Below, piece after piece: positions 1-10,072 of a stretch of 64,000 nucleotides of DNA. The position numbers and the translations under genes are program-made. The notes under the pieces are model-generated. The model was not told where the DNA came from and did not search any database. It was given only the letters and a program-made list of their open reading frames with translations. This stretch comes from Octopus sinensis. Its lineage: Eukaryota. Location of the stretch: assembly GCF_006345805.1 (NCBI RefSeq), contig NC_042997.1, forward strand, positions 9,734,001 through 9,798,000. Reading direction: 5' to 3'. The number at the start of each line of letters is the position of its first letter. Positions within the stretch are counted from its first letter, which is position 1.

Positions 1-999
1 ATCTGCCATATATAGCAGATAAATTTACTTCAGATTACACCTTACTATTTTAAATAAGGGAACAATACTTTGAATATTTTAGTCCTACATATCCCTAAAA
101 TCTCTGGCAGACAGTACTGACAAATATGGGACACCCTTGATCATAGTTCTACATGATTAAGATCAGCACCAAGAAGAGCAAAAATAACAATATCATATGC
201 ATAATATGAATCCACTATATAGAATCTGAGCACACTTTGGATATGAGCTCTTTTACTTTCACTAATATGTGGTTGTGAGCTTATAGATCTGAGCACAATA
301 TGGATCCATATAGAAAGATATTTTTTAAGAGACTTTGAAATAATAAGTATTTCAGGATGTTTTACTCTATGGCAAGTATCAATTAAAGCCACATCAAGAA
401 AAATGAAAATCTGAAATAATGTTGAAATAAATTATTGCTTTTGCTTACAACTAACATCGGTTTTCGTTTTCTTTTCCTTTTTTTTTTTTTACTATGATCA
501 GTACTCATAATGAATCGATTCAAACTTATGTCACTGAACTTATTCTATAATGAGTTAACAAAGAAGATTGTATGTGGTCATTTGAACTGCTTGAAGTTAA
601 ATATCCCTAAAATTACGCATTATTATCTTAAAGAAAAGTTATAAAGTGTAATGTAGGCTCTGATATATGAAGTATAACTGGAATGTTTCTGATAAAATGT
701 TTGCCAGATCAGCACTGACCAGGTTGCAAAATAACAAGAACAATAAGAATAGTAGAACAAAGGCAAATTTATTCTTCAACCTATTGGATTACAGAATCAT
801 AAAATCAAACTGATAATGGCTGAGTGAAAGGAAATTGCATGGATTAGATCTATGTCAATTATCCCCCTACGAGAACAAGAAAAGAATCAATTAAGGAGCT
901 TCTTTTCCTAAAAAGATCTGAATTTCCAGTCAAAATACCAAGATTAAGGTATGCAGTGAAGCAATTCTTATATTGTTGTCATAACAATGATCAATAACA

Positions 1000-1860
1000 A
1001 AATTGCCATCTTAATCACTATCTAATCATAGAAAATAATAGATCAGACAGAGACAGCAGTGAGATAATCTGTTTGAAAAAGTGAAGTCATATGCAAAGTA
1101 ATAAGAGAGATGCAGATCAACAAAAGGAGAACTACTCACCAGAATAATAAAGTACTACTACAAGCCAACCCTTCAATGTGGGGTGTGCTGACATAGGCTA
1201 ATACTCTGGGAGTGGTAAAGGTAAGACATCATGATCCTGTGATGACATAGGCTAATACTCTGGGAGTGGTAAAGGTAAGACATCATGATCCTGTGAATCT
1301 CCTGATTGCCAAAATCTATCTCATTAAGAAGGAAACATCATCACGAAAATGTTCTATCTAACAAAGCACAGTAGAGCAACAAGGCCACATAAGTAACCAA
1401 GAAGATTAATCAGAAACTTGCAATAGTCATCCTGCTGAAACACCAATAAGAAATCACCTACTAGCAATGAAAACATTACTTCATTCATATACAATCTGAA
1501 GATTATTAATGCATTCCTTGATGATTGCCACTTCAACATGAAACTTGAAATAATGGAAAATTAGACTAAATGTTATGCATGGCCATATTCCCAAAATGCT
1601 CCAAAATTATACCAGTAGTTTATCCTCGAGTGGCTACCAGAATATTTACATTATCACTTTGAAGGATACTAGAGCAGGTAAACAAATCATAGTCACTCGT
1701 GGCACAAAAGGGATAGAAATGCAACAACCAATGTAAGTTTTATGGAATCAACATTGAGGATATCTGTCACATAATAAGTAGCTGTCTTCACAGTATTACC
1801 TATCTACAAGACATGGTGTTGTTGTTAGTACACTAGATTAGATTCGGCACGGTGGCTGTT
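1000..1860 (+). mobile_element. Highly decayed R4/Dong-like (RLE-clade) non-LTR retrotransposon fragment
   Basis: ~1700-1830 reads cacaaaagggataga...gatatctgtcacataataagtagctgt (DICHIISSC)...tattacctatctacaagacatggtgttgtt (YYLSTRHGVV). This matches the zinc-knuckle/RHD region of the minus-strand element at 55200-55350. The 5' boundary is uncertain. Confidence 0.6.
1189..1296 (+). repeat. Perfect 54-bp tandem duplication
   Basis: tgacataggctaatactctgggagtggtaaaggtaagacatcatgatcctgtga occurs at 1189-1242 and 1243-1296. Confidence 0.95.
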
Positions 1861-2029
1861 TGCAATAATTTTTGTATTAATGCTCATTAATAAAAGAGGT
1901 GAAGTTTTTGCAACTAGAATAGCCAACCTTCAGTGTTCTCCTATTAAAAATTCTATAAAACTTATGGCTAGATTGAAAATGCTTAGAAACTAGTTTTAAG
2001 AATTCCCTACCAATATTAACACATGCATG

Positions 2030-2075
2030 CATGCATACATACATACATACATACATACATACATACATACATACA

Positions 2076-2105
<30 letters not shown>
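2030..2105. repeat. (CATA)n microsatellite, representative of dozens of (TA)n, (CA)n, (GA)n and (TATG)n tracts
   Basis: Direct reading. Similar tracts lie at 5903-5940, 8673-8820, 13896-14038, 27424-27503, 51920-52062 and 56955-57430, among others. Confidence 0.95.
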
Positions 2106-2109
<4 letters not shown>

Positions 2110-3735
2110 CGAGACTATCCTCTTTGATGTTATTTAAATTCCACTGAAAGTGTCTTGTTACTAGGTTAGAAATCGACCCTTCACTATTGGTGAGAAATTC
2201 GAAAACTAAAACCAAGAATGAATATACATATGTGCATGCTGTCCTATGCATGTCGTTTTGGATTCTTTTCTAAAGTTGAATACTTGTCTTATTGCTAACC
2301 ACTTTACAAAATCTACTGGGAACATTTTACAGCGGCACCAGCATTAGAGAGGTTCTTATGTCTTTGTTCTTATATCTTTGTCCCATAAGCTTCCATGCTT
2401 CCAGTCTATTGGAAACCACCTGACAGAATATCCTGGTTGGATTTTATACTCTTACTAACACTAATAACAATACTTTGTGCCCTGTAAGATTACAGACTCC
2501 TCACCACTCTAAGGTGTATTTATTTATTTAGGATAATGTGAGTGAAAAATAAAAGGGAGATTGATGACAGATATGTCAATTTGGATGGGTCAATGGCAAA
2601 GAAATATGAAGATATACAGTAGAGGGGTGATAGGGTAATTCAGTGGATGCGTGATTGAGGGATAGCTAGTGAGATTATTAAATAGTAACGTTGAATGTTG
2701 GATGTCAGCAACGAGTAATCTGGGGGAAGAGGCTGGAGTGGTGAATGGAAATATAGAAATAGTTATGTTAGAGTGTATGGGATATATGAAGAATTTATGC
2801 ATTCCTTTATGCATATGCCCTGTAATGAGTGAAAGAGGCATGATGAGAAACTTGAGAAATGTTGAGTGCTGGAGAGATGAGAAGATTGGAAAAAAACTCG
2901 ATGACATTCCAAGTTTCACTGGAAACAGATTATGGTAAGAGGAAATCACTGCTATACATAATCACTTCAGCTGTATAATTTAATGCAAGTGAAAAACAGT
3001 GATAGAGAGATGGAAATGCTATAAGGATATGCGTGTGTGTTTATGTGTGCGTATTTGTATCTGTGTGAGTGTGTGTGCATTTGTGTGTGTGAGAAGGAGC
3101 AGATGTGAGTATTTGTGTATGATAATTGATGTCTGAGTATCTTTTTCTGCGATTCTGTTTATAGATACACACATGCATAAATGTATCTACATATTTATGT
3201 GTATATATATATATATATGCAGACATATACATCGTACATATATATGTCTAGTAGATACTCAGACACACACATGCACACATACATACAGACATACACAAAT
3301 ACATACATATATACATGCACGCCGCACACATACACACATATATATACACACATACATGCTGGGTGAGGAGATGCAAGTATAAGCATAGAATATATAAACA
3401 CCAAATTACTGCTCAGACATGACAGTTCCTTATATTCGAACTTCTGAATCAGCATAAAATGGTCCAACAGAACAAGAGACAGCCATAAGAAATACAAAAC
3501 TCGAGCAAATAATAAAGAGACAAAAGATGGCCGAAAAACATTATAGATGGCATGAATTGATTTAAATGCGATACATCATATAGATGCAGGCATAGATATT
3601 GCAAAGCTTTTTCTTCTTACCTTAGATCAGCTTCGATAAGTATGCTTGCATTCATTTTTATCAGTTTACATATACAAGCATATATATATTCTCAGAAAAT
3701 TCTTTTTCTTCTCTCCAGACTTTTCCTCTTTCCCC

Positions 3736-3766
3736 TTTCTGACGAAGAGCCATGTGCGAAACGTCA
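3736..3766 (+). ncRNA. Degenerate minimal hammerhead-like motif in a short PLE-terminal-repeat-like element (~3690-3862)
   Basis: ttt CTGACGA agagccatgtgc GAAA cgtca. The core boxes are present but stems I and II are eroded. It is homologous to the copies at 6030 and 13760. Confidence 0.45.
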
Positions 3767-3864
3767 CTCCCTTCATTTTTCCATCTCACTTTCTATGAGC
3801 GTCAATCTAATATCACTGCGTGCATCCATTTGACTTTTTGCTGCTTTTACTGGTTTTGTTTATA

Positions 3865-5096
3865 TCAAGTCATCCCATAAGTTCTGTCCGAATTTTGAAT
3901 AAAGAAAACAAGTGATCAAATATTATATCTAATTGAAATTTAATCATCACTGTACTTGCCCTGAATATCTATGACTTCCCTCCATCTAGTTACAAGCTTT
4001 TTAATCCCATCAATGTACAACTCTTTTGGTTTCAAAGCAAAGAACTCTGAAATGTCAGCTTCGACCCCCTCCCCCCCGGCTTGTGAAAGTTATGTCCCCC
4101 AAATGATTCTGTAAACTACGAAACAAATGGTAGTCTGACGGAGCAAGATCGGGAGAATTAGGTGGATGTGATGTTAGCAGTGTGGGGTCACGCATTGTTC
4201 TGATGAAACACCACTCCTTTTTGATTCATTAAAGCGGGTCTTTTTTCCTTCAAAGCTTGGTTCAAATGCTCTAATTACTGACAGTAGACTTGAGCATTGA
4301 TTGTTGCATTAGGTGGTAACAATTCAAAGTGATTTATTCCTTTGCAATCCCACCAGATAAAGAGAAGAAACTTTTCCCCATGAAGTTCCCTTCTCGGTTA
4401 TGGTTGAGCTTTTACCCTTTTACAAAGCCACTGTTTACGACATTTAACATTTCGATAGAAGATCCAATTTTCGTCACTAGTCACAAGTCTACCCAAAAAG
4501 GGTGAATGAGTTCGCGAGAATGGAGAGAAGAGCAGATGTTAACTCGGGATTTGCAGTTGCTTTCGGACAATTCATGTGGCACCCATTTTCCAAATTTAGG
4601 AACCAATCCAAGTTGTTGAAGTTGACGATGAACAGTTTTATGGTTTGAACTAAGTTTTATTGCCAATTCTTCAATTGATAATGTAGGATTTTTTCAAGTA
4701 ATACCTCAAGGAGCTTATCATCAAACTAGATCTTCATCTTTAAGGCTGAAATCGCCACTTCTGAATTTTGCAAACCATCTTTTGCAAGTTCATTCATTCA
4801 AGTATTCTTTCACATAAACTGAGTGTATGTTTCGAGTCGCTTCGGCTGCAGAGTTTCCTTTTTTGTACTCATAAAGCATTCTGTGCCTTAAATTCTCTTC
4901 GGATACTTCCATGTTAGAAAGGGTTTTAATCAAAGAAATTTTAATTCTATTATTCTGTAAAATAATATTTAATTAGTTTAAATGTACACAAGTGCATAAA
5001 AATAATTTGAAATTCCATTAGACATTCTAAAATACTATTCAATTTCATTCAATTTTAAAAACGGTAAAATCGGACAGAACTTACGGGATGCCCTGA
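3865..5096 (-). mobile_element. Full-length decayed mariner DNA transposon (transposase pseudogene ~4912-3945)
   Basis: TIRs TA|tcaagtcatcccataagttctgtccg and cggacagaacttacgggatgccctga|TA with TA TSD. Minus-strand MEVSEENLRHRMLYEYKKG, WVPHEL and PPNSPDLAPSDYHLFRSLQNHL motifs, with frameshifts. Confidence 0.93.
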
Positions 5097-5899
5097 TATT
5101 TTTGATTTACCTATGTATGTGTGTGTGTGTGTGTATACACTTGGCCTTACTGAAATTATGACATAACTTAAAACGAATGCAACTTTAAAGTCCTTTATAC
5201 CTTGTTTACAGTTAAGCAAATGTTTTTTTTTATTTGTTATAATCCATGTTTGTATATTTAGATTTCTGCTTCGTTTTATATATCTATATATTTTCTAGCG
5301 GTTCCATTTTTAACTACACATTGTGATACTTTAAAAATTAGATCGCCAAAATATTGTATTGATTCTTTTACACAGTAAGAGGCTGTTTCATTTAGCATTG
5401 CTCTTTGTTTTTTGTTTTTTTTTTAAGATTCTCTTTGATCTTTCCACTCTAATTGACATTGCTCAAACTTAGATTGTACAACCAGCCCTTGATAATCAAG
5501 CTTTCGAAACCGACAGAATGTGGCCTACTATTATCACATTCCCAATTGTCATTAATTCTTCCTACGAAAATATTCGGTGTCTCCAGCTTGAAAATATTAG
5601 CTTATCAGGTTCCATGCGAGCTGATAATATTTTTGTTCACTTCATATTTATAAATATAGTCTCGTTACGTACCGCTGTTTGCATAATATGCATTATGGAA
5701 TCACTCTATCGCCGAATCTTTCAAAACAGCTGTAAAGGGCTATCTTCATCTTGTAATATGAATATCTATATGTTACATCTCATATAAATGAATACCTGCT
5801 GTCTATAATTATTTGTCTACCTTTCGTCTATTTATACACATACATACTTACTTAGACACATACACACACATATAAATATAATTGCACACATAAATATTC

Positions 5900-5940
<41 letters not shown>

Positions 5941-5944
<4 letters not shown>

Positions 5945-6132
5945 ATCCAAACATGAAAACACAACAACGCAAGGACGTGGAACAAGTATAGTATTATTGG
6001 ACGCTCAGGAAAGAAGGAAGGAAGGAGGCTTTAACGTTTCGAGCGGAGCTCTTCGTCAGAAACATAGGAAAAGGAAAGATCCAAAGAAGGGAAGACGGAG
6101 GAAACAAAATCGCCAGTGGTACACATGCGGTC
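5941..6132 (-). mobile_element. Short (TA)n-anchored repeat carrying a minimal hammerhead (6030-6062), PLE-terminal-repeat-like
   Basis: Reverse complement reads ttt CTGACGA a GAGC tcc GCTC GAAA cg tt aaa. Near-identical copies lie at 13695-13895 (+) and 23995-24200 (-). Confidence 0.7.
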
Positions 6133-6411
6133 ACACACACACACATACATATATATATACATAATATAATACATACATACAAATATACACATACATACAC
6201 ACATGCACACATATATGTATGTATGTATGTATGTATATATGTATGTATGTATATATATATATATATTTATATATAGAGGGCATTATACATACATGCCAGA
6301 TGGCATTATACATACATGCCACACGCTAAGAGGGACAATTAGTCATTTCTACCAAAAATATTACTAATCCCACCGAATGCAATTTTTCAAAGTAAGACAT
6401 TTAAAAAATAT

Positions 6412-6459
6412 AGACCTGTATCACCGTGATTTCATACTTACGTATTCATCAGCAGGCCT
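6412..6459 (-). ncRNA. Type I hammerhead ribozyme, array unit 1
   Basis: AGGCCUG CUGAUGA AUAC GUAA GUAU GAAA UCAC G GUGA UA^CAGGUCU. Full core, 7-bp stem I (one G-U), 4-bp stem II with GNRA loop, near-palindromic stem III. Confidence 0.85.
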
Positions 6460-6884
6460 GGATGTATCATACATAAACGACCTGCCTCGCTTAAGTCGAT
6501 CAGCTAACTGATCAACATCAACGAAGCACATGGGTGAGTTTACAATATTACATCCTGTAAATGTCAGACTTTTACGAATTGCATTTCGGGAAAGGAAAAG
6601 TTTTTTCGGAATAAAAATTTAGCAATTAAGGACAACTACTTAATAAGGAAAACTTAACAAGAAATTGTCAGGTAGATAGCGTGAAAACCTCATAAGAGAA
6701 AAAATTTCGAAAATAATTATTTCTTATTGAACATATAATTTATATATAGAGGGCATTATACATACATGCCAGATGGCATTATACATACATGCCACACGCT
6801 AAGAGGGACAATTAGTCATTTCTACCAAAAATATTACTAATCCCACCGAATGCAATTTTTCAAAGTAAGACATTTAAAAAATAT

Positions 6885-6932
6885 AGACCTGTATCACCGT
6901 GATTTCCTACTTACGTATTCATCAGCAGGCCT
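6885..6932 (-). ncRNA. Type I hammerhead ribozyme, array unit 2 (stem II closing pair is an A.G mismatch)
   Basis: Same as unit 1 except stem II reads AUAC GUAA GUAG (plus strand gatttcctacttacg). Confidence 0.75.
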
Positions 6933-7360
6933 GGATGTATCATACATAAACGACCCTGCCTCGCTTAAGTCGATCAGCTAACTGATCAACATCAACGAAG
7001 CACATGGGTGAGTTTACATATATTACATCCTGTAAATGTCAGACTTTTACGAATTACATTTCGGGAAAGGAAAAGTTTTTTCGGAATAAAAATTTAGCAA
7101 TTAAGGACAACTACTTAATAAGGAAAACTTAACAAGAAATTGTCAGGTAGATAGCGTGAAAACCTCATGAGAGAAAAAATTTCGAAAATAATTATTTCTT
7201 ATTGAACATATTAATTTATATATAGAGGGCATTATACATACATGCCAGATGGCATTATACATACATGCCACACGCTAAGAGGGACAATTAGTCGTTTCTA
7301 CCAAAAATATTACTAATCCCACCGAATGCAATTTTTCAAAGTAAGACATTTAAAAAATAT

Positions 7361-7408
7361 AGACCTGTATCACCGTGATTTCCTACTTACGTATTCATCA
7401 GCAGGCCT
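7361..7408 (-). ncRNA. Type I hammerhead ribozyme, array unit 3 (A.G variant)
   Basis: Same sequence as the unit 2 ribozyme. Confidence 0.75.
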
Positions 7409-7834
7409 GGATGTATCATACATAAACGACCCTGCCTCGCTTAAGTCGATCAGCTAACTGATCAACATCAACGAAGCACATGGGTGAGTTACATATATTA
7501 CATCCTGTAAATGTCAGACTTTTACGAATTACATTCGGGAAAGGAAAAGTTTTTTCGGAATAAAAATTTAGCAATTAAGGACAACTACTTAATAAGGAAA
7601 ACTTAACAAGAAATTGTCAGGTAGATAGCGTGAAAACCTCATGAGAGAAAAAATTTCGAAAATAATTATTTCTTATTGAACATATTAATTTATATATAGA
7701 GGGCATTATACATACATGCCAGATGGCATTATACATACATGCCACACGCTAAGAGGGACAATTAGTCGTTTCTACCAAAAATATTACTAATCCCACCGAA
7801 TGCAATTTTTCAAAGTAAGACATTTAAAAAATAT

Positions 7835-7882
7835 AGACCTGTATCACCGTGATTTCATACTTACGTATTCATCAGCAGGGCT
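7835..7882 (-). ncRNA. Type I hammerhead ribozyme, array unit 4
   Basis: Intact core and A-U closed stem II. The stem I 5' strand is AGCCCUG (one mismatch). Confidence 0.82.
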
Positions 7883-8360
7883 GGATGTATCATACATAAA
7901 CGACCCTGCCTCGCTTAAGTCGATCAGCTAACTGATCAACATCAACGAAGCACATGGGTGAGTTTACATATATTACATCCTGTAAATGTCAGACTTTTAC
8001 GAATTGCATTTCTCTTAGCGTGTGGCATGTATGTATAATGCCATCTGGCATGTATGTATAATGCCCTCTATATATAAATTAATATGTTCAATAAGAAATA
8101 ATTATTTTCGAAATTTTTTCTCTTATGAGGTTTTCACGCTATCTACCTGGCAATTTCTTGTTAAGTTTTCCTTATTAAGTAGTTGTCCTTAATTGCTAAA
8201 TTTTTATTCCGAAAAAACTTTTCCTTTCCCGAAATGCAATTCGTAAAAGTCTGATATTTACAGGATGTAATATATGTAAACTCACCCATGTGCTTCGTTG
8301 ATGTTGATCAGTTAGCTGATCGACTTAAGCGAGGCAGGGTCGTTTATGTATGATACATCC

Positions 8361-8408
8361 AGCCCTGCTGATGAATACGTAAGTATGAAATCACGGTGAT
8401 ACAGGTCT
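8361..8408 (+). ncRNA. Type I hammerhead ribozyme in the inverted unit
   Basis: agccctg CTGATGA atac gtaa gtat GAAA tcac g gtga ta caggtct is read directly on the plus strand. Confidence 0.83.
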
Positions 8409-8672
8409 ATATTTTTTAAATGTCTTACTTTGAAAAATTGCATTCGGTGGGATTAGTAATATTTTTGGTAGAAATGACTAATTGTCCCTCTTAGCGTGTG
8501 GCATGTATGTATAATGCCATCTGGCATGTATGTATAATGCCCTCTATACATAAATTAATATGTTCAATAAGAAATAATTATTTTCGAAATTTTTTCTCTT
8601 ATGAGGTTTTCACGCTATCTACCTGACAATTTCTTGTTAAGTTTTCCTTATTAAGTAGTTGTCCTTAATTGC

Positions 8673-8823
<151 letters not shown>

Positions 8824-8982
8824 TTTGAAGTCGTGTACAGATATTGTATATTGAGAACAGAAGGCAGTCAGAATTTTGGATCATTCTTTATCAGTTCTTT
8901 CGTTCGCTTTTCGAACTTGTCAAGACAAAATCAAAATTTTTCTCAGTATGTATATATATATATAATATATATATATATATAT

Positions 8983-9014
<32 letters not shown>

Positions 9015-9663
9015 ATATATGCTGTGTGGAATAATTTTGTCTTCACTGCAAAAATGTATTCGTTGAAAAATGATAAATTTATTATAAGATGAAAACTGTT
9101 ATATCCGAATTTAAACATTGACTTCCCAAGACACTTAGTTCTTAACAGTTTTATTTTGCATCCAAATTTAATCAATTTAAAAATAAAAACACAGTTTAAG
9201 AGTTTGAAATCTTTTTATACATATATTATCACTTTTGACAGATACAAAATATTAGTTTATGTGTGCGCATGTGTTTGTGTAGACACGGACAGACTGACAA
9301 GCAGACAGAAACAGATAGATAAATAAACAGATTGATAGAGAGATATCTATTTCTGGAGGTATACATGTATTTGTGTGCGCGCATGCACGCGCGCACGTGT
9401 GTGTGTGGGGTGGTGTGTATCGCTATATTATAGGTGTACTGTAAGTAATAAAATTTATTGATAATTCTTTTCTTGTAGTATCCTGATATAATCTGGTTGT
9501 AATTTGTTTTAAAAACTAATAATATACACTCAGTTACGAAGATCAAGTTAGGTATAAGTTACATTATACGTTGAAATAACCTGAAGTGTTCAAGTACATT
9601 TTGGAGAAATATTTCCAGTAGAACAATATATTTAACATTGTAAGTTATCCCGTGACAATTCCC

Positions 9664-9894
9664 TATTTCTTTATTACCCACAAGGGGCTAAACATAGAGG
9701 GGACAAACAAGGACAGACATAGGTATTAAGTCGATTATATCGACCCCAGTGCGTAACTGGTACTTTATTTATCGACCCCAAAAGGATGAAAGGCAAAGTC
9801 GACTTCGGCGGAATTTGAACTCACAACGTAACGACAGACGAAATACCGCTAAGCATTTCGCCCGGCGCGCTAACGTTTCTGCCAGCTTGCCGCC
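9664..9894 (-). mobile_element. tRNA-derived SINE family A (Meta-domain-like centre)
   Basis: Head ggcggcaagctggcagaaacgttag (A box)...gagttcaaattcc (B box), core gtcgactttgcctttcatcc...aagtaccag. TSD tcccgtgacaatt on both sides. Confidence 0.9.
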
Positions 9895-10072
9895 TTTCCC
9901 GTGACAATTACCACCATTCTGCAACACGTGCGCGTGCACATACACACGCTCACACATACACGCGCCCGCATGTACACAACTCTCTTTTGTTTTATATATA
10001 TACACACATTTTGTATATATCATATACATATAGTTTATTTATATATGTTTATATTTGTATATGTATATAAGC

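Larger units (their letters stand above)
6266..8672. repeat. ~474-bp tandem repeat array: ~3.7 direct units followed by ~1.4 inverted units, flanked by (TA)n
   Basis: The unit marker agagggcattatacatacatgcc starts at 6275, 6748, 7224 and 7698. Orientation switches at ~8012 (gaattgcatttc|tcttagcgtgtggc), and the reverse complement runs to 8672. Confidence 0.97.

Noticed and set aside
6266-8672. CRISPR array or coding repeat
   Set aside because: The units are ~474 bp and near-identical over their whole length, with no unique spacers, no cas genes and no ORF. The context is eukaryotic.
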